Of a stretch of DNA of 64,000 nucleotides, positions 19,844 to 31,439 are shown piece by piece. Each line of letters starts with the position of its first letter. Within the stretch, counting starts at the first letter, position 1. The notes beneath the pieces were generated by a model. That model was not told where the DNA came from, did not search any database, and worked only from the letters and a program-made list of their open reading frames with translations. The DNA lies in contig CBDCRW010000004.1 of assembly GCA_965221125.1 (NCBI GenBank), positions 288,001 to 352,000 on the forward strand, written 5' to 3'. A program made the position numbers and the translations under genes. The stretch comes from Alphaproteobacteria bacterium. Lineage in GTDB: Bacteria; Pseudomonadota; Alphaproteobacteria; UBA828.

Positions 19844-20403
19844 ATGTCGGTTACGGCGGTCTTCATTGACGGCGGATACCTCGACAAGGTCCTGTACCAC
19901 GACCACGCCAACAGGCGAATCGACTACGCGCGTCTCGCCGGTACCATGACGGGAGACGGCGAGCTCTTGCGTGCCTACTATTACCATTGCCTGCCGTATC
20001 AAAGCAGCCCGCCCACCGAGGAGGAGAAGCGACGCTACGCGGCGAAGCACCGGTTCATCACCGCTCTCCTCCATCTCCCCCGATTCGACGTGCGATTGGG
20101 CAAGCTCGCATACAGAGGGCGAGATGAGCGCGGCAGGCAGATCTTTCAGCAAAAGCGGGTCGACCTCATGCTAGGAGTCGACATGGCTCTCCTGGCTGGA
20201 AAGGGCCGGATAGCCAGAGTCGCCTTGTTGGCCGGTGACAGCGATTTCACGCCGGCGATCGAAGCCGTCAAGCGCGAGGGGTCCTTACCACTCTCTGGCA
20301 CGGGAGTCGTTCGGATCAGACGACACCCAGCCGCGAGCTGGTAGAGATATGCGATGAACGCCGCGAGCTCACGGCGGCGCTTGTTGATTCGATAGGCCGG
20401 TAG
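19844..20403 (+). pseudogene. NYN (LabA/DUF88, PIN-like) domain ribonuclease with a 1-nt frameshift (or sequencing error)
   Basis: AVFIDGGY, LRAYYY, QKRVDLMLGVD, LLAGDSDFTPAIEAVKREG. The natural continuation VLTTLWHG...SRELVEICDERR..* lies in another frame after the G4 run at 20278-20281. Confidence 0.85.
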
Positions 20404-20454
20404 TCCAGTCAGCGAAGATTTATCGCCCGACGCCGGTGCCTAGGGAGAACGGAC

Positions 20455-21009
20455 ATGGCAGACGACAAGAACCAGATGGAAGGGCAACAGGGGCCGACGG
20501 CGCCGGCGGCGGGGCCAGCGCGGGCGCTCGATCACGTGGGAATCTCGGTGCCCGACATCGATGCGGCCGTCGCCTGGTACCGCGACATCCTCGGCTGCTA
20601 CGTGCTGATGGAGCCGGTCGAGGGCTACGCCGACGAAAGCTACTTCGGCCAGATCGTCGCCGACATCTTCGGCGCCGACTTCCAGGGCATGAAGATCGCG
20701 CACCTGGCGACCGCGGACGGCGTCGGCATCGAGCTCTTCCAGTTCGTCGCCAACGCGCCGCAGGAGGAGCACTTCGCCTACTGGAAGACTGGCATCTATC
20801 ACATCTGCATCCTCGACCCCGACATCGAGGGCCTGGCGAAGCGGATCGACGAGAGCGGCGGCAAGCAGCGCAGCAAGGTGTGGAAGCTCTGGCAGGACAA
20901 GCCCTACAAGGTCTGCTACTGCGAGGACCCGTGGGGCACCATCATCGAGGTGAGCTCCCACCCCTACGTCATGGCCTGGTCCAACTTCATCCCCCGCCAC
21001 GCGGACTGA
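20455..21009 (+). CDS. VOC/glyoxalase (lactoylglutathione lyase-like) family protein
   Basis: DHVGISVPDID, GIELFQF, HICI, YCEDPWGTIIE. Confidence 0.9.
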   Translation: MADDKNQMEGQQGPTAPAAGPARALDHVGISVPDIDAAVAWYRDILGCYVLMEPVEGYADESYFGQIVADIFGADFQGMKIAHLATADGVGIELFQFVANAPQEEHFAYWKTGIYHICILDPDIEGLAKRIDESGGKQRSKVWKLWQDKPYKVCYCEDPWGTIIEVSSHPYVMAWSNFIPRHAD

Positions 21010-21117
21010 GGGCCGGCGTCGGGCGGTGACAACGGACTCGCGCCCGCCGGCCCCTGCGATATACTCCGCACGCGAAATTCCGCCTCCCGCCCCGCAATCA
21101 CCGAGACGCGCCCGGCG

Positions 21118-21399
21118 ATGAACGCGTTTGCCGACCTCATCCACGCCGTCTTCTCGATCTACATCTATCTGCTGATCGCATCCGCGCTCTTCAGCTGGCT
21201 GGTGGCGTTCAACGTGGTGAACACGAGCAACCGCTTCGTGTTCACGCTGCTGAGCTTCCTCCACCGCATCACGGAGCCGGCGCTCCGGCCCATCCGGCGC
21301 ATCATCCCCAATCTCGGCGGGATCGACATATCGCCGATCATCCTGATCCTGATCCTCTACTTCGTCCGCGATCTCATCGTGGACAACATCGTCCAGTGA
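21118..21399 (+). CDS. YggT family membrane protein
   Basis: [35 protein letters not shown]; typical position before folD. Confidence 0.92.
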   Translation: MNAFADLIHAVFSIYIYLLIASALFSWLVAFNVVNTSNRFVFTLLSFLHRITEPALRPIRRIIPNLGGIDISPIILILILYFVRDLIVDNIVQ

Positions 21400-21469
21400 T
21401 CCGTCCGCCGCCGGCGCGCGAGGGCGACCGCCGAGCCGGACGACGCTCAGCCTTACGCGAGGTAAACCC

Positions 21470-22351
21470 ATGAGCGACGCGGTCATCATCGACGGCAAGG
21501 CATTCGCGGCCGATCTCAGGGCCGAGGTCGGGCGCAAGGCGGCGCTCTTGAAGGAGAGCCACGGCCTCGTTCCGGGCCTCTCGGTCGTGCTGGTGGGCGA
21601 CGACCCCGCGAGCCACGTCTACGTCCGCAACAAGGGCAAGGCGACCGTCGCCGCCGGCATGGAGTCGCAGGAGTATCGCCTGCCCGCGACCGCGAGCCAC
21701 GCCGAGGTGCTGGAGACGGTCGAGCGGCTGAACGCCGACGATGCCGTGCACGGCATCCTGGTGCAGCTCCCCCTGCCCGATCAGGTGGATTCCAACGCGA
21801 TCATCAACGCCATCGACCCGGACAAGGACGTGGACGGCTTCCACACCGTCAACGTGGGCCGGCTCACCACGGGGCAGGACAGCCTCGTGCCCTGCACGCC
21901 TTTGGGTTGCCTGCTGATGCTGCGCCACTTCGTGGGCGCGCTGAAGGGCAAGCGGGCGATGATCGTCGGCCGCTCCAACATCGTCGGCAAGCCGATGGCG
22001 TCGCTGCTGCTGCGCGAGCACTGCACCGTGACCATCGGCCACTCGCGCACCCAGGACCTGCCCGGCGAGTGCCGCCGCGCCGACGTCCTCATCGCGGCCG
22101 TGGGGCGCGCCGAGATGATCCGGGGCGACTGGGTGAAGCCCGGCGCTGCCGTCATCGATGTCGGCATCAACCGCGTGCCGGCGGGCGAGAAAACGAGGCT
22201 CGTGGGCGACGTCTGCTTCGAGGAGGCGGTGGAGAACGCGGGCTGGATCACGCCCGTGCCCGGCGGCGTCGGCCCCATGACCATCGCGTGCCTCTTGAAG
22301 AACACGCTCACCGCCGCCTGCCGCCGCCACGGCATCGAAGAGCCGACGTGA
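21470..22351 (+). CDS. folD: Bifunctional methylenetetrahydrofolate dehydrogenase/cyclohydrolase
   Basis: [42 protein letters not shown]. Confidence 0.97.
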   Translation: MSDAVIIDGKAFAADLRAEVGRKAALLKESHGLVPGLSVVLVGDDPASHVYVRNKGKATVAAGMESQEYRLPATASHAEVLETVERLNADDAVHGILVQLPLPDQVDSNAIINAIDPDKDVDGFHTVNVGRLTTGQDSLVPCTPLGCLLMLRHFVGALKGKRAMIVGRSNIVGKPMASLLLREHCTVTIGHSRTQDLPGECRRADVLIAAVGRAEMIRGDWVKPGAAVIDVGINRVPAGEKTRLVGDVCFEEAVENAGWITPVPGGVGPMTIACLLKNTLTAACRRHGIEEPT

Positions 22352-22423
22352 GGCGCTGCTGCGCGCTCCGGTCTAACCACGCGGGGACTGCTCGACGGCT
22401 TAATCGAAGGCTTACGTGAGTCG

Positions 22424-23026
22424 TTACCTCCCTGTATAGCTCGTGCTGCTCTGGTTAGCTTCGGAGGTTGAATTATAGACAACTACGGGAAGCGCTCGAT
22501 TTCCAAGGCAGAGATCAACTACATATCTTCTGATTAGTTCCTGTTGCATTTCAATGTCGGCCCAACCCTGAGGTGAGTAGCCACCTTCAAAAATCTCCAA
22601 CGCTTCGACTTTATAATTTAGACTGCGAGCTATTGCGTGAAGAAGTGTGGCGAGGAGCTTCTCTCGCTCTTGACATACTCTTATGTTGTAGCGCTCCTCC
22701 CTTATTCTCTGTTCATCATTGCCCAAATATTCAGATACGACTTCATCGTCCCGTCTAGGCTGCTCAGAACCAAGATTTTGGAAGTATGCTCTCCATGCGG
22801 TTAGTACATTGGAATTGTTTCGAAACTCAATTTCTACCAAATTCAAGGCGGAAACGTGATCGGGCAATAGTCGAGTACGACGCGTCTTCATTAGAGTGCG
22901 AAAAATATCCATGCGGCGCTCTCGTTTGGCGCGCCTATACTCCATCCACCTTGCAATGAGCACGGCGACTGCTGGTCCCAGAAACAGCGCAACAATCGTC
23001 ACAATTTCGCTCATAGACCAAGTCAT
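22424..23026 (-). CDS. AT-rich hypothetical protein with N-terminal transmembrane helix (DUF6680-like)
   Basis: IVALFLGPAVAV, IFRTLMKTR, HVSALNLVEIEF, YSPQGW; composition clearly AT-richer than flanks. Family assignment from memory. Confidence 0.7.
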   Translation of the reverse strand: MTWSMSEIVTIVALFLGPAVAVLIARWMEYRRAKRERRMDIFRTLMKTRRTRLLPDHVSALNLVEIEFRNNSNVLTAWRAYFQNLGSEQPRRDDEVVSEYLGNDEQRIREERYNIRVCQEREKLLATLLHAIARSLNYKVEALEIFEGGYSPQGWADIEMQQELIRRYVVDLCLGNRALPVVVYNSTSEANQSSTSYTGR

Positions 23027-23257
23027 CTTTCCTCTACTCTCCTCTCGTGGATCCCCATGCTGTGGTTAGACATGGTCACGTGCGGACAAACGACAGAGCA
23101 AAATCCGATCACGCGGGATCACTTGTCCTATCGGGAACTCTTTCGCTGACCAAGCTCATCATACCTAAGAACCCGACGTCTATAGGCAACGGCTCCCAAA
23201 CCGAAAGCCCAAATCACTTTGAGATTCGTTATCGATTCAATCAGATAGGATCGCGCG

Positions 23258-24461
<1,204 letters not shown>

Positions 24462-24469
<8 letters not shown>

Positions 24470-24839
24470 CGTCGTCTCTCCTCTTCGGCCGCCGCGTGAT
24501 GCCTCGGCCTCTGCGGCCGCCCGCCTCGCTCGGCCGCGTGAATCGCCTGAACCGGCCCCTGAAGCGCTCGGGCGCGGGCGGATCGTAGCCCGGTCCCTCG
24601 GCAAGCTCGTGCTCGGTGTCGATCGCGGGCCAGCGGACGAAGGCGAACACCCAGATCATGACCACCGGCAGGCCGATCAGGAGGCCGAGCCCGACCGAGA
24701 CCGGCGGAATGAAGAGGCCCAGGATCGGGAGCAGCATGAGATAGGCCCACCACGGCGACTGCCCGGCCTTGTTGAAGATGCGCCAGAACATCCACAGCAT
24801 GATGACCGTGACCGCGAGGTACTGGAGGACGCCGACCAC
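24462..24839 (-). CDS. Small membrane protein
   Basis: Hydrophobic helices, [13 protein letters not shown] motif; overlaps the argG start. Confidence 0.7.
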
Positions 24840-24842
24840 GGT

Positions 24843-25034
24843 TCAGCGCCGCCCCATCGGGTCGGCAGGCCAGATCATGAAGGCGAGCAGCGCCAGCAGG
24901 AGCAGCGGCCCGACGAGGGGAATGAACACCACCAGCGCAAGCGGCCAGCGCAGGCCCGCGCGCCGGCAGATGCGCAGCGCCGGATAGAAGATCACGGCCC
25001 CGAGCACGAGGCCGACGACGATCTGGATCGGCAC
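24843..25034 (-). CDS. Small membrane protein similar to its neighbour
   Basis: RICRRAGLRWPLALVVFIPL..AFMIWP resembles the adjacent ORF. Confidence 0.6.
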   Translation of the reverse strand: MPIQIVVGLVLGAVIFYPALRICRRAGLRWPLALVVFIPLVGPLLLLALLAFMIWPADPMGRR

Positions 25035-25106
25035 GGCCGCCCGGCGGTCGCGATCGCTCAGGAAGGCGCGGCGCGGCCGGCGCCGAGCGTCGTCCGCGCC
25101 CGCCGC

Positions 25107-26516
25107 TCAGACCGAGTAGTACATCTCGAACTCGATGGGATGCGGGGCCATGAGGAAGGCCGTCTGCTCCTCCCGCTTGAGCTCGAGATAGCCGTCGATC
25201 AGGTCGTCGGTAAAGACGTCGCCCTTCTTCAGGAAGTCGCGGTCGGCGTCGAGCGCGTCCAGCGCCTGGCCCAGGCTGCCGCACACGGTGGGCACGTCCT
25301 TCAGCTCCTCCGGCGGCAGGTCATAGAGGTTCTTGTCCATCGCATCGCCCGGATGGATCTTGTTCTCGATGCCGTCGATGCCCGCCATGAGCATCGCCGC
25401 AAAGGACAGGTACGGGTTCGCCGAGGGATCGGGGAAGCGCACCTCCACCCGCTTGCCGTTGGGGCTCGCCGCGTAGGGAATGCGGCAGGAGGCCGAGCGG
25501 TTGCGCGCCGAGTACGCGAGCAGCACCGGCGCCTCGTAACCCGGCACGAGCCGCTTGTAGCTGTTCGTCGACGGGTTGGTGAAGGCGTTGATCGCCCGCG
25601 CGTGGCGGATCACGCCGCCGATGTAGTAGAGCGCCGCATCCGACAGGTCGGCGTAGCCGGAGCCTGCGAACAGGGGCCGCCCGTCCTTCCAGATCGACTG
25701 GTGCACGTGCATGCCGGAGCCGTTGTCGCCGACGATGGGCTTCGGCATGTAGGTCGCGCTCTTGCCGTAGCTGTGGGCGGTCATGTGCACCACGTACTTC
25801 TGGATCTGGAGCTGGTCCGCCGCCTGTAGCAGGGTGCCGAACTCGACGCCCAGCTCGTTCTGGCTGGGGGCGACCTCGTGGTGGTGCTTCTCCACCTTGA
25901 CGCCCATGCCGGCCAGGTGGGTGACCATCTCGGCCCGCATGTCGTTCATCGAATCGACCGGCGGCACCGGCACGTAGCCGCCCTTGCCCACCGGGCGGTG
26001 CCCCATGTTGCCCTCTTCGTAGGCGCGGCCGCTGTTGTACGGCCCTTCCTCCTGGTCGAGCATGTAGTAGGTCTCGTTCATCGAGACCCTGAAGCGCACG
26101 TCGTCGAACACGAAGAACTCGGCCTCCGGCCCGAAGTAGGCCGTGTCTCCGATGCCGGAATAGGCCAGATAGATCTCCGCCTTCTTGGCGACGCTGCGGG
26201 GGCAGCGGTCATAGGCCTGTCCGGTGGACGGCTCGATCACGTCGCAGGTCAGGATCATCTGCGGCAGCGCCGAGAACGGGTCCATCACCGCGCTCGCCGG
26301 GTCCGGCATGAGCACCATGTCAGACTGGTGAATCTCCTTCCAGCCGGCGATCGAGGAGCCGTCGAACATGATCCCGTCGGTGAGCATGTCCTCGTCGACC
26401 GTGCGGACCGCCTGGGTCATGTGCTGCCACTTGCCCCGCGGGTCGGTGAACCGGAAGTCCACGAACTGGACCTCGTTCTTCTCGATCATCTCCAAGACGC
26501 CGTCCACATCGCTCAT
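25107..26516 (-). CDS. glnA: Glutamine synthetase type I
   Basis: [45 protein letters not shown] adenylylation site. Confidence 0.97.
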   Translation of the reverse strand: MSDVDGVLEMIEKNEVQFVDFRFTDPRGKWQHMTQAVRTVDEDMLTDGIMFDGSSIAGWKEIHQSDMVLMPDPASAVMDPFSALPQMILTCDVIEPSTGQAYDRCPRSVAKKAEIYLAYSGIGDTAYFGPEAEFFVFDDVRFRVSMNETYYMLDQEEGPYNSGRAYEEGNMGHRPVGKGGYVPVPPVDSMNDMRAEMVTHLAGMGVKVEKHHHEVAPSQNELGVEFGTLLQAADQLQIQKYVVHMTAHSYGKSATYMPKPIVGDNGSGMHVHQSIWKDGRPLFAGSGYADLSDAALYYIGGVIRHARAINAFTNPSTNSYKRLVPGYEAPVLLAYSARNRSASCRIPYAASPNGKRVEVRFPDPSANPYLSFAAMLMAGIDGIENKIHPGDAMDKNLYDLPPEELKDVPTVCGSLGQALDALDADRDFLKKGDVFTDDLIDGYLELKREEQTAFLMAPHPIEFEMYYSV

Positions 26517-26588
26517 CGCACTGCTCCATCGCCCGCTGGGTCTGTCCTCTGCGCGCCTGCTGCATTCCGCGGCGACGCGCTGGCGCGC

Positions 26589-26936
<348 letters not shown>

Positions 26937-27074
26937 CTAAGCGTGCCAGGCCGCCAGGCCGGCACGGTCCTCGCACATTTCGGCGGCGCATGATAGCGCA
27001 CGTCCGGTTCCGCGCCGCATGCTTTGGTGGCATCATGCGCGGCCTTGAGATTCGGATGGGACAGGGAGGCGCAC

Positions 27075-28256
27075 GTGCAGATTGCCGAGCGCATGGGGCG
27101 GCTCGGGACCGAGACCGCCTTCGACGTACTGGCCCGCGCCGGTGCCTTGCAGGCGGCCGGGCGCAGCATCATCAACCTCGGCATCGGGCAGCCCGATTTC
27201 CGCACGCCTGACCACATCGTCGAGGCGGGCCGCAAGGCGCTGGCGGACGGCCACCACGGCTATACGCCGGCCAACGGCATCCCCGCGCTGCGCGAGGCGG
27301 TGGCGGCGGACATCGCCAGGTACCGCCGCGTCGAGGTCGATCCCGACAACGTCGTGGTCGTGCCCGGCGGCAAGGTCACGATGTTCTTCGCCGCGCTGAT
27401 GTTCGGCGAGCCGGGGGCCGAGATCCTCTACCCCAACCCGGGCTTCCCCATCTACGAATCGGCGATCAAGTTCTCCGGCGCGACGGCGGTTCCGATCCCG
27501 CTCTACGAGGAGACCGGATTCTCCTTCGATGCCGACGAGGTGCTCTCCAAGATAACGCCGCGCACCCGGCTCGTCATGCTCAACAGCCCGGCCAACCCGA
27601 CGGGAGGCGTCGTCCCCAGAGAAACCTTCGACCGCCTGGCCGAGGGGCTCGAGGCTCATCCCCACGTCACCATCATGAGCGACGAGATTTACAGCCGCCT
27701 GCTCTACGAGGGCCGCGAGCACGTCACGCTGCTCGACTATCCGGCCATCCGGGACCGGGTGATCGTGCTCGACGGCTGGAGCAAGACCTATGCCATGACC
27801 GGCTGGCGCATTGGCTACGGGGTCTGGCCCGCCGCGCTCGCGCCGCAGGCGACCCGGCTCGCGATCAACTGCAACTCCTGCGTCAACGCGCCGACCCAGC
27901 ACGCGGCGCTGGCGGCGCTTACCGGCCCGCAGGAGTCGGTCGAGACCATGCGGCGCACCTTCGACGAGCGCCGCAAGCTCATCGTCGCCGCGCTCAACCG
28001 CGTCGACGGCGTCACCTGCGTCGATTCCGCCGGCGCCTTCTACGCCATGCCCAACATCACCGGCACCGGCCTCGATGCGGGCACGATGCAGGACGGCCTG
28101 CTGGAGGAAGCCGGCGTCGCCGCCATCGCCGGCACCAGCTTCGGCGCCTACGGCGAGGGCTATCTCCGCCTCTCCTACGCCGCGAGCACGGAAGAGATCG
28201 AGGAGGCCATAGCCCGCATCGAGGGCTGGCTCGCCGAGCGTGCGGCCGCCGCGTGA
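27075..28256 (+). CDS. Class I/II PLP-dependent aminotransferase (aspartate aminotransferase-like)
   Basis: LGIGQPDF, NSPANPTG, SDEIY, GWSKTYAMTGWRIG. Confidence 0.93.
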   Translation: MQIAERMGRLGTETAFDVLARAGALQAAGRSIINLGIGQPDFRTPDHIVEAGRKALADGHHGYTPANGIPALREAVAADIARYRRVEVDPDNVVVVPGGKVTMFFAALMFGEPGAEILYPNPGFPIYESAIKFSGATAVPIPLYEETGFSFDADEVLSKITPRTRLVMLNSPANPTGGVVPRETFDRLAEGLEAHPHVTIMSDEIYSRLLYEGREHVTLLDYPAIRDRVIVLDGWSKTYAMTGWRIGYGVWPAALAPQATRLAINCNSCVNAPTQHAALAALTGPQESVETMRRTFDERRKLIVAALNRVDGVTCVDSAGAFYAMPNITGTGLDAGTMQDGLLEEAGVAAIAGTSFGAYGEGYLRLSYAASTEEIEEAIARIEGWLAERAAAA

Positions 28257-28334
28257 AGGGGCGGCCAGCGCGCCGTATCCGCGCCCGCCGATGGCCGGTC
28301 ACATTTCACGGCGTTCGTGATAGGAACGGGGTCG

Positions 28335-28411
28335 GCGCCCGTAGCTCAGCCGGATAGAGCACGAGCCTTCTAAGCTTGGGGTCGCAGGTTCGAGTCCTGC
28401 CGGGCGCGCCA
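28335..28411 (+). tRNA. tRNA-Arg (anticodon TCT)
   Basis: GCGCCCG...CGGGCGC acceptor stem, GTAGCTCAG, anticodon loop CTTCTAA, GGTTCGAGTCC T arm, encoded CCA; 77 nt. Confidence 0.96.
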
Positions 28412-28437
28412 TTTCGCCGAACCGCGCCAGACACAAC

Positions 28438-28457
28438 TGTAAGGCAACACTTGACAA
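28438..28457 (+). promoter_or_regulatory. Candidate higBA operator overlapping the -35 box
   Basis: Imperfect palindrome TGTAAG-gcaaca-CTTGACA containing TTGACA, just upstream of higB. Confidence 0.45.
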
Positions 28458-28482
28458 GACCCCCGGCGTCCATCACGTTGCG

Positions 28483-28764
28483 GTGGTGATCGGCAGCATT
28501 CGACACAAGGCGCTGCGACAGTACTGGACCAGGGGGCAGACGAAGGGTCTGAATGCCCAGTGGGTTGGGAAGCTGCGCAGGATACTCTCGGCGCTCGATG
28601 CAGCCGACCGACCGGAAGAAATGAACTATCCGGGATCGCACTATCACTCTCTGATCGGCAACCGCGCTGGCCGCTACTCGGTCCGCCTGACGGCCAATGT
28701 CCGCGTCACCTTCGGGTGGGATGACGACGGCGCCTCCGACGTAGACATCGAGGACTATCACTGA
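28483..28764 (+). CDS. higB: HigB (RelE/ParE family) toxin
   Basis: IGSIRHKAL, LSALDAA, HSLIGNRAGRYSVRLTANVRVTF, DIEDYH; toxin precedes antitoxin. Confidence 0.9.
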   Translation: MVIGSIRHKALRQYWTRGQTKGLNAQWVGKLRRILSALDAADRPEEMNYPGSHYHSLIGNRAGRYSVRLTANVRVTFGWDDDGASDVDIEDYH

Positions 28765-29069
28765 TGACCAAGAGGCACCCGTCCCTGGTTCCGGCGCATC
28801 CCGGAGAGATTCTGCGGGAGGATGTCCTGCCGGCGCTTGCGATGACCAAGACGGCCGTTGCCCGAGCCCTCGGAATATCCCGCCAGACGCTCTACGACAT
28901 CATCAACGAGAAGCAGCCGGTCACGGCCGAGATGGCGGTTCGCTTCGGCAAGATGTTCGGTAACGGCGCGGCCTTCTGGCTCAACCTGCAGCGCGCTCAC
29001 GATCTGGCGATCGCCGAACGCACGGTGGATGTGTCCGGGATACCGACGCTCGAGGTGCGTCCTGATTGA
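28764..29069 (+). CDS. higA: HigA family antitoxin (HTH)
   Basis: HPGEILREDVL, ALGISRQTL, VTAEMAVR, FWLNLQ. Confidence 0.93.
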   Translation: MTKRHPSLVPAHPGEILREDVLPALAMTKTAVARALGISRQTLYDIINEKQPVTAEMAVRFGKMFGNGAAFWLNLQRAHDLAIAERTVDVSGIPTLEVRPD

Positions 29070-29126
29070 GTGACGCGGACGCGCCTCATATTCCGCGCGC
29101 GCCAGGCTACACGGGCGCGCGACGTC

Positions 29127-29864
29127 TCAGACGTGCTCGCCGCCGTTCACGTGCAGCTCGCCGCCGGTGATGTAGGCGGCGGTGTCCGAGCAGAGGAAGT
29201 AGATCGCCGACGCGACTTCCGACGGCTTGCCGAGGCGCGCCATCGGGATGTTCGGGAGCAGATCGTCGATGCCGGGGGACAGGATGGGCGTGTCGATCTC
29301 GCCCGGCGCGATGGCGTTGACGCGGATGCCGAGCGGCCCGAAATCCGCCGCCATCTCGCGCGTGAGCGCCGCCAGCGCCGCCTTGGAGGTCGAATAGGCG
29401 CTGCCGGCGAAGCGGTGGACCCTGCCGCCCGCAATCGAGGTCACGTTGACGACGCTGCCTTGCCCCTGCTTCAGCTCCTCGAAGAGGCCGCGCGCCAGCG
29501 CCAGCGGCGCGTAGAAGTTGACCTGGAAGACCTCGCGCCAGAGCTCGAGATCGGTGTTCAGGCTGTCGAGCCGGATGCCGTTCTCGCCCTTGGGCGAGAT
29601 GCCCGCGTTGTTCACCAGCGCGCTCAGCGGCGCACCGCCCAACCGGGCGCGCATCTCCTCGATACCGCGCCGCACGTCCTCGGGGTCGGACAGGTCGATC
29701 CTGATGTGGTCCTCGGGCCCTGCCTCCCACGGGCAATCCTCCGAGAAGGCCCGGCGCGAGGCGGTGATCACCCGCCAGCCCGCCGCGCTGAAGCGCTTGA
29801 CCGTCGCGTGCCCGATCCCCTGGCTCGCGCCGGTGAGGATCAGGGTCCTTCGCTCGTCCGCCAT
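29127..29864 (-). CDS. Short-chain dehydrogenase/reductase
   Basis: TGASQGIG, NNAG, YSTSK. Confidence 0.92.
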   Translation of the reverse strand: MADERRTLILTGASQGIGHATVKRFSAAGWRVITASRRAFSEDCPWEAGPEDHIRIDLSDPEDVRRGIEEMRARLGGAPLSALVNNAGISPKGENGIRLDSLNTDLELWREVFQVNFYAPLALARGLFEELKQGQGSVVNVTSIAGGRVHRFAGSAYSTSKAALAALTREMAADFGPLGIRVNAIAPGEIDTPILSPGIDDLLPNIPMARLGKPSEVASAIYFLCSDTAAYITGGELHVNGGEHV

Positions 29865-29875
29865 GGCCGCGCTCC

Positions 29876-30658
29876 CTATCCGTCGCCGTCGACGGGCATG
29901 GTGTAGTTGAGCCGCATGCGCCCGCCGTCAGCATAGATCACCTGGCCGGTGACGTAGGAGGAATCGTCGCTCGCGAGGAAGACCGCGATGCCCGCGATCT
30001 CCTCCGGCTGGCCGACGCGGCCCATCGGGGTGCGGGAGAGGATCCGCCGCCACGCGGCCTCGTCGGTGATCACCGACTTCGCCATCTCGGTGAGGATCGT
30101 GCCCGGGCCGATGGCGTTCACGCGCACGCCCTTAGGTGCCAGCGCCAGCGCCATGACCGAGGTGAGCTGGTTGACCCCGCCCTTGCTGACCACGTAGGGG
30201 GCGATCGAATCGATCGCCAGCTCGCCGTTGACCGACGACATGTTGACGATGCTGCCCGCGCCTGCGGCCGCCATCTCCCGCGCCGCCGCCTGGCCCACCA
30301 GGAAGTAGCCCCGCAGGTTGACGCGGAGCACGCGGTCGAAGTCCTCCTCCGTCACGTCGAGGAAGTCCGCGATCGAGGAGACGGCGGCGTTGTTCACCAG
30401 CACGTCGATGCGCCTGTGGCGCGCGACCGTCTGCGCGATGAGCGCGCGCGCCTGCGGGCCGTCGCCCGTATCGCAGGGCGCGAAGGCGGCGCTGCCGCCC
30501 TCGTCGCGGATCGCTTGTGCGGTCGCTTCGCCTTGCTCCTCCAGGATGTCGGCGATCACGACGTGCGCGCCCTCGTCGGCGAAGCGCCGGGCGCAGGCGG
30601 CGCCGATGCCGCGGGCCGCGCCGGTCACCACCGCGATCTTGCCTTCGAGCCGCATCAC
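29876..30658 (-). CDS. Short-chain dehydrogenase/reductase
   Basis: TGAARGIG, NNAA, YVVSK. Confidence 0.92.
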   Translation of the reverse strand: MMRLEGKIAVVTGAARGIGAACARRFADEGAHVVIADILEEQGEATAQAIRDEGGSAAFAPCDTGDGPQARALIAQTVARHRRIDVLVNNAAVSSIADFLDVTEEDFDRVLRVNLRGYFLVGQAAAREMAAAGAGSIVNMSSVNGELAIDSIAPYVVSKGGVNQLTSVMALALAPKGVRVNAIGPGTILTEMAKSVITDEAAWRRILSRTPMGRVGQPEEIAGIAVFLASDDSSYVTGQVIYADGGRMRLNYTMPVDGDG

Positions 30659-31236
30659 GGTTGCTCCGCCGGGCGGAACAGGTTGACGATCTGCCGCCCG
30701 ATCTCCTCCGCCGTGTCCTCGCCCGGCTTGTACCAGGCGATCGACCAGGCCATGGCGCCGATCAGCGCGAGGCGGAAGTACTTGCGGCTCGTGCCCGGCG
30801 GCAGCGGCAGGTCGTCGATCAGGCGGCGGAAGACGTTCTCGTAGTCGTCCCGCTCCTCGATCATGCGCGCGCGGAGCTTCGGCGAATGCCGGTGCGGGAA
30901 CTCGGTGGCGATGACCGAGCCGTAGTCCTTGGTCTGGTGCAGGGTCTCGACGTGGGCCGCGCAGGCGGCCTCCAGCCGGCCCCAGGGGTCGTTCGCGGTC
31001 TCGATGGCCGCGAGCACGCGCTCCTTGATCCGCTGGATCCCGGTCGCGTGAACCGCCGCCAGCAGGTCCTCCTTGGAGGCGAAGTGGTAGTACATCGAGC
31101 CGGGGAGAATTCCCGCAGCCGCGGCGATGTCACGGACCGAGGTGGCGCTGTAGCCCGCCCGCGCGAACTCGACCGCGGCCGCGTCGAGGATGCGGCCCCG
31201 CCGATTGTCCCTGCGCTTTGCGTCGGACGTCGCCAC
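30655..31236 (-). CDS. TetR family transcriptional regulator
   Basis: ILDAAAVEFARAGYSATSVRDIAAAAGILPGSMYYHFASKEDL. Confidence 0.93.
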   Translation of the reverse strand: MATSDAKRRDNRRGRILDAAAVEFARAGYSATSVRDIAAAAGILPGSMYYHFASKEDLLAAVHATGIQRIKERVLAAIETANDPWGRLEAACAAHVETLHQTKDYGSVIATEFPHRHSPKLRARMIEERDDYENVFRRLIDDLPLPPGTSRKYFRLALIGAMAWSIAWYKPGEDTAEEIGRQIVNLFRPAEQP

Positions 31237-31439
31237 GGCAGACGATCATTCAGGACAGAGGCCCTTTGGGCAAGCGTTCGTTTGATTCCTTCCGACCCTC
31301 GGTTGGCTGCGGCGTGGGCGGATTGTGGCGGGTGATGAAGCTGGCTACGATCCTTTCAGTCGCGCCGGCCGACGACGCCGGCGCCCGGCCGCGCCGCGTC
31401 CGGCACGGACGGCAGGATGCAACCAAAGGGAGGATAACG

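Noticed and set aside
22352-23071. Integron cassette/attC (GTCTAAC ... GTTAGAC)
   Set aside because: The two motifs are about 700 bp apart and enclose the gene instead of forming a short attC hairpin after it; no integron integrase.
26940-27060. Sigma54 promoter for glnB
   Set aside because: TGGCAC on the minus strand is not followed by a correctly spaced TTGC; the plus-strand match is weak.
29112-29120. CGGGCGCGC as a duplicated tRNA 3' end (attR) after higBA
   Set aside because: Only 9 bp of pure GC, expected by chance in this genome.
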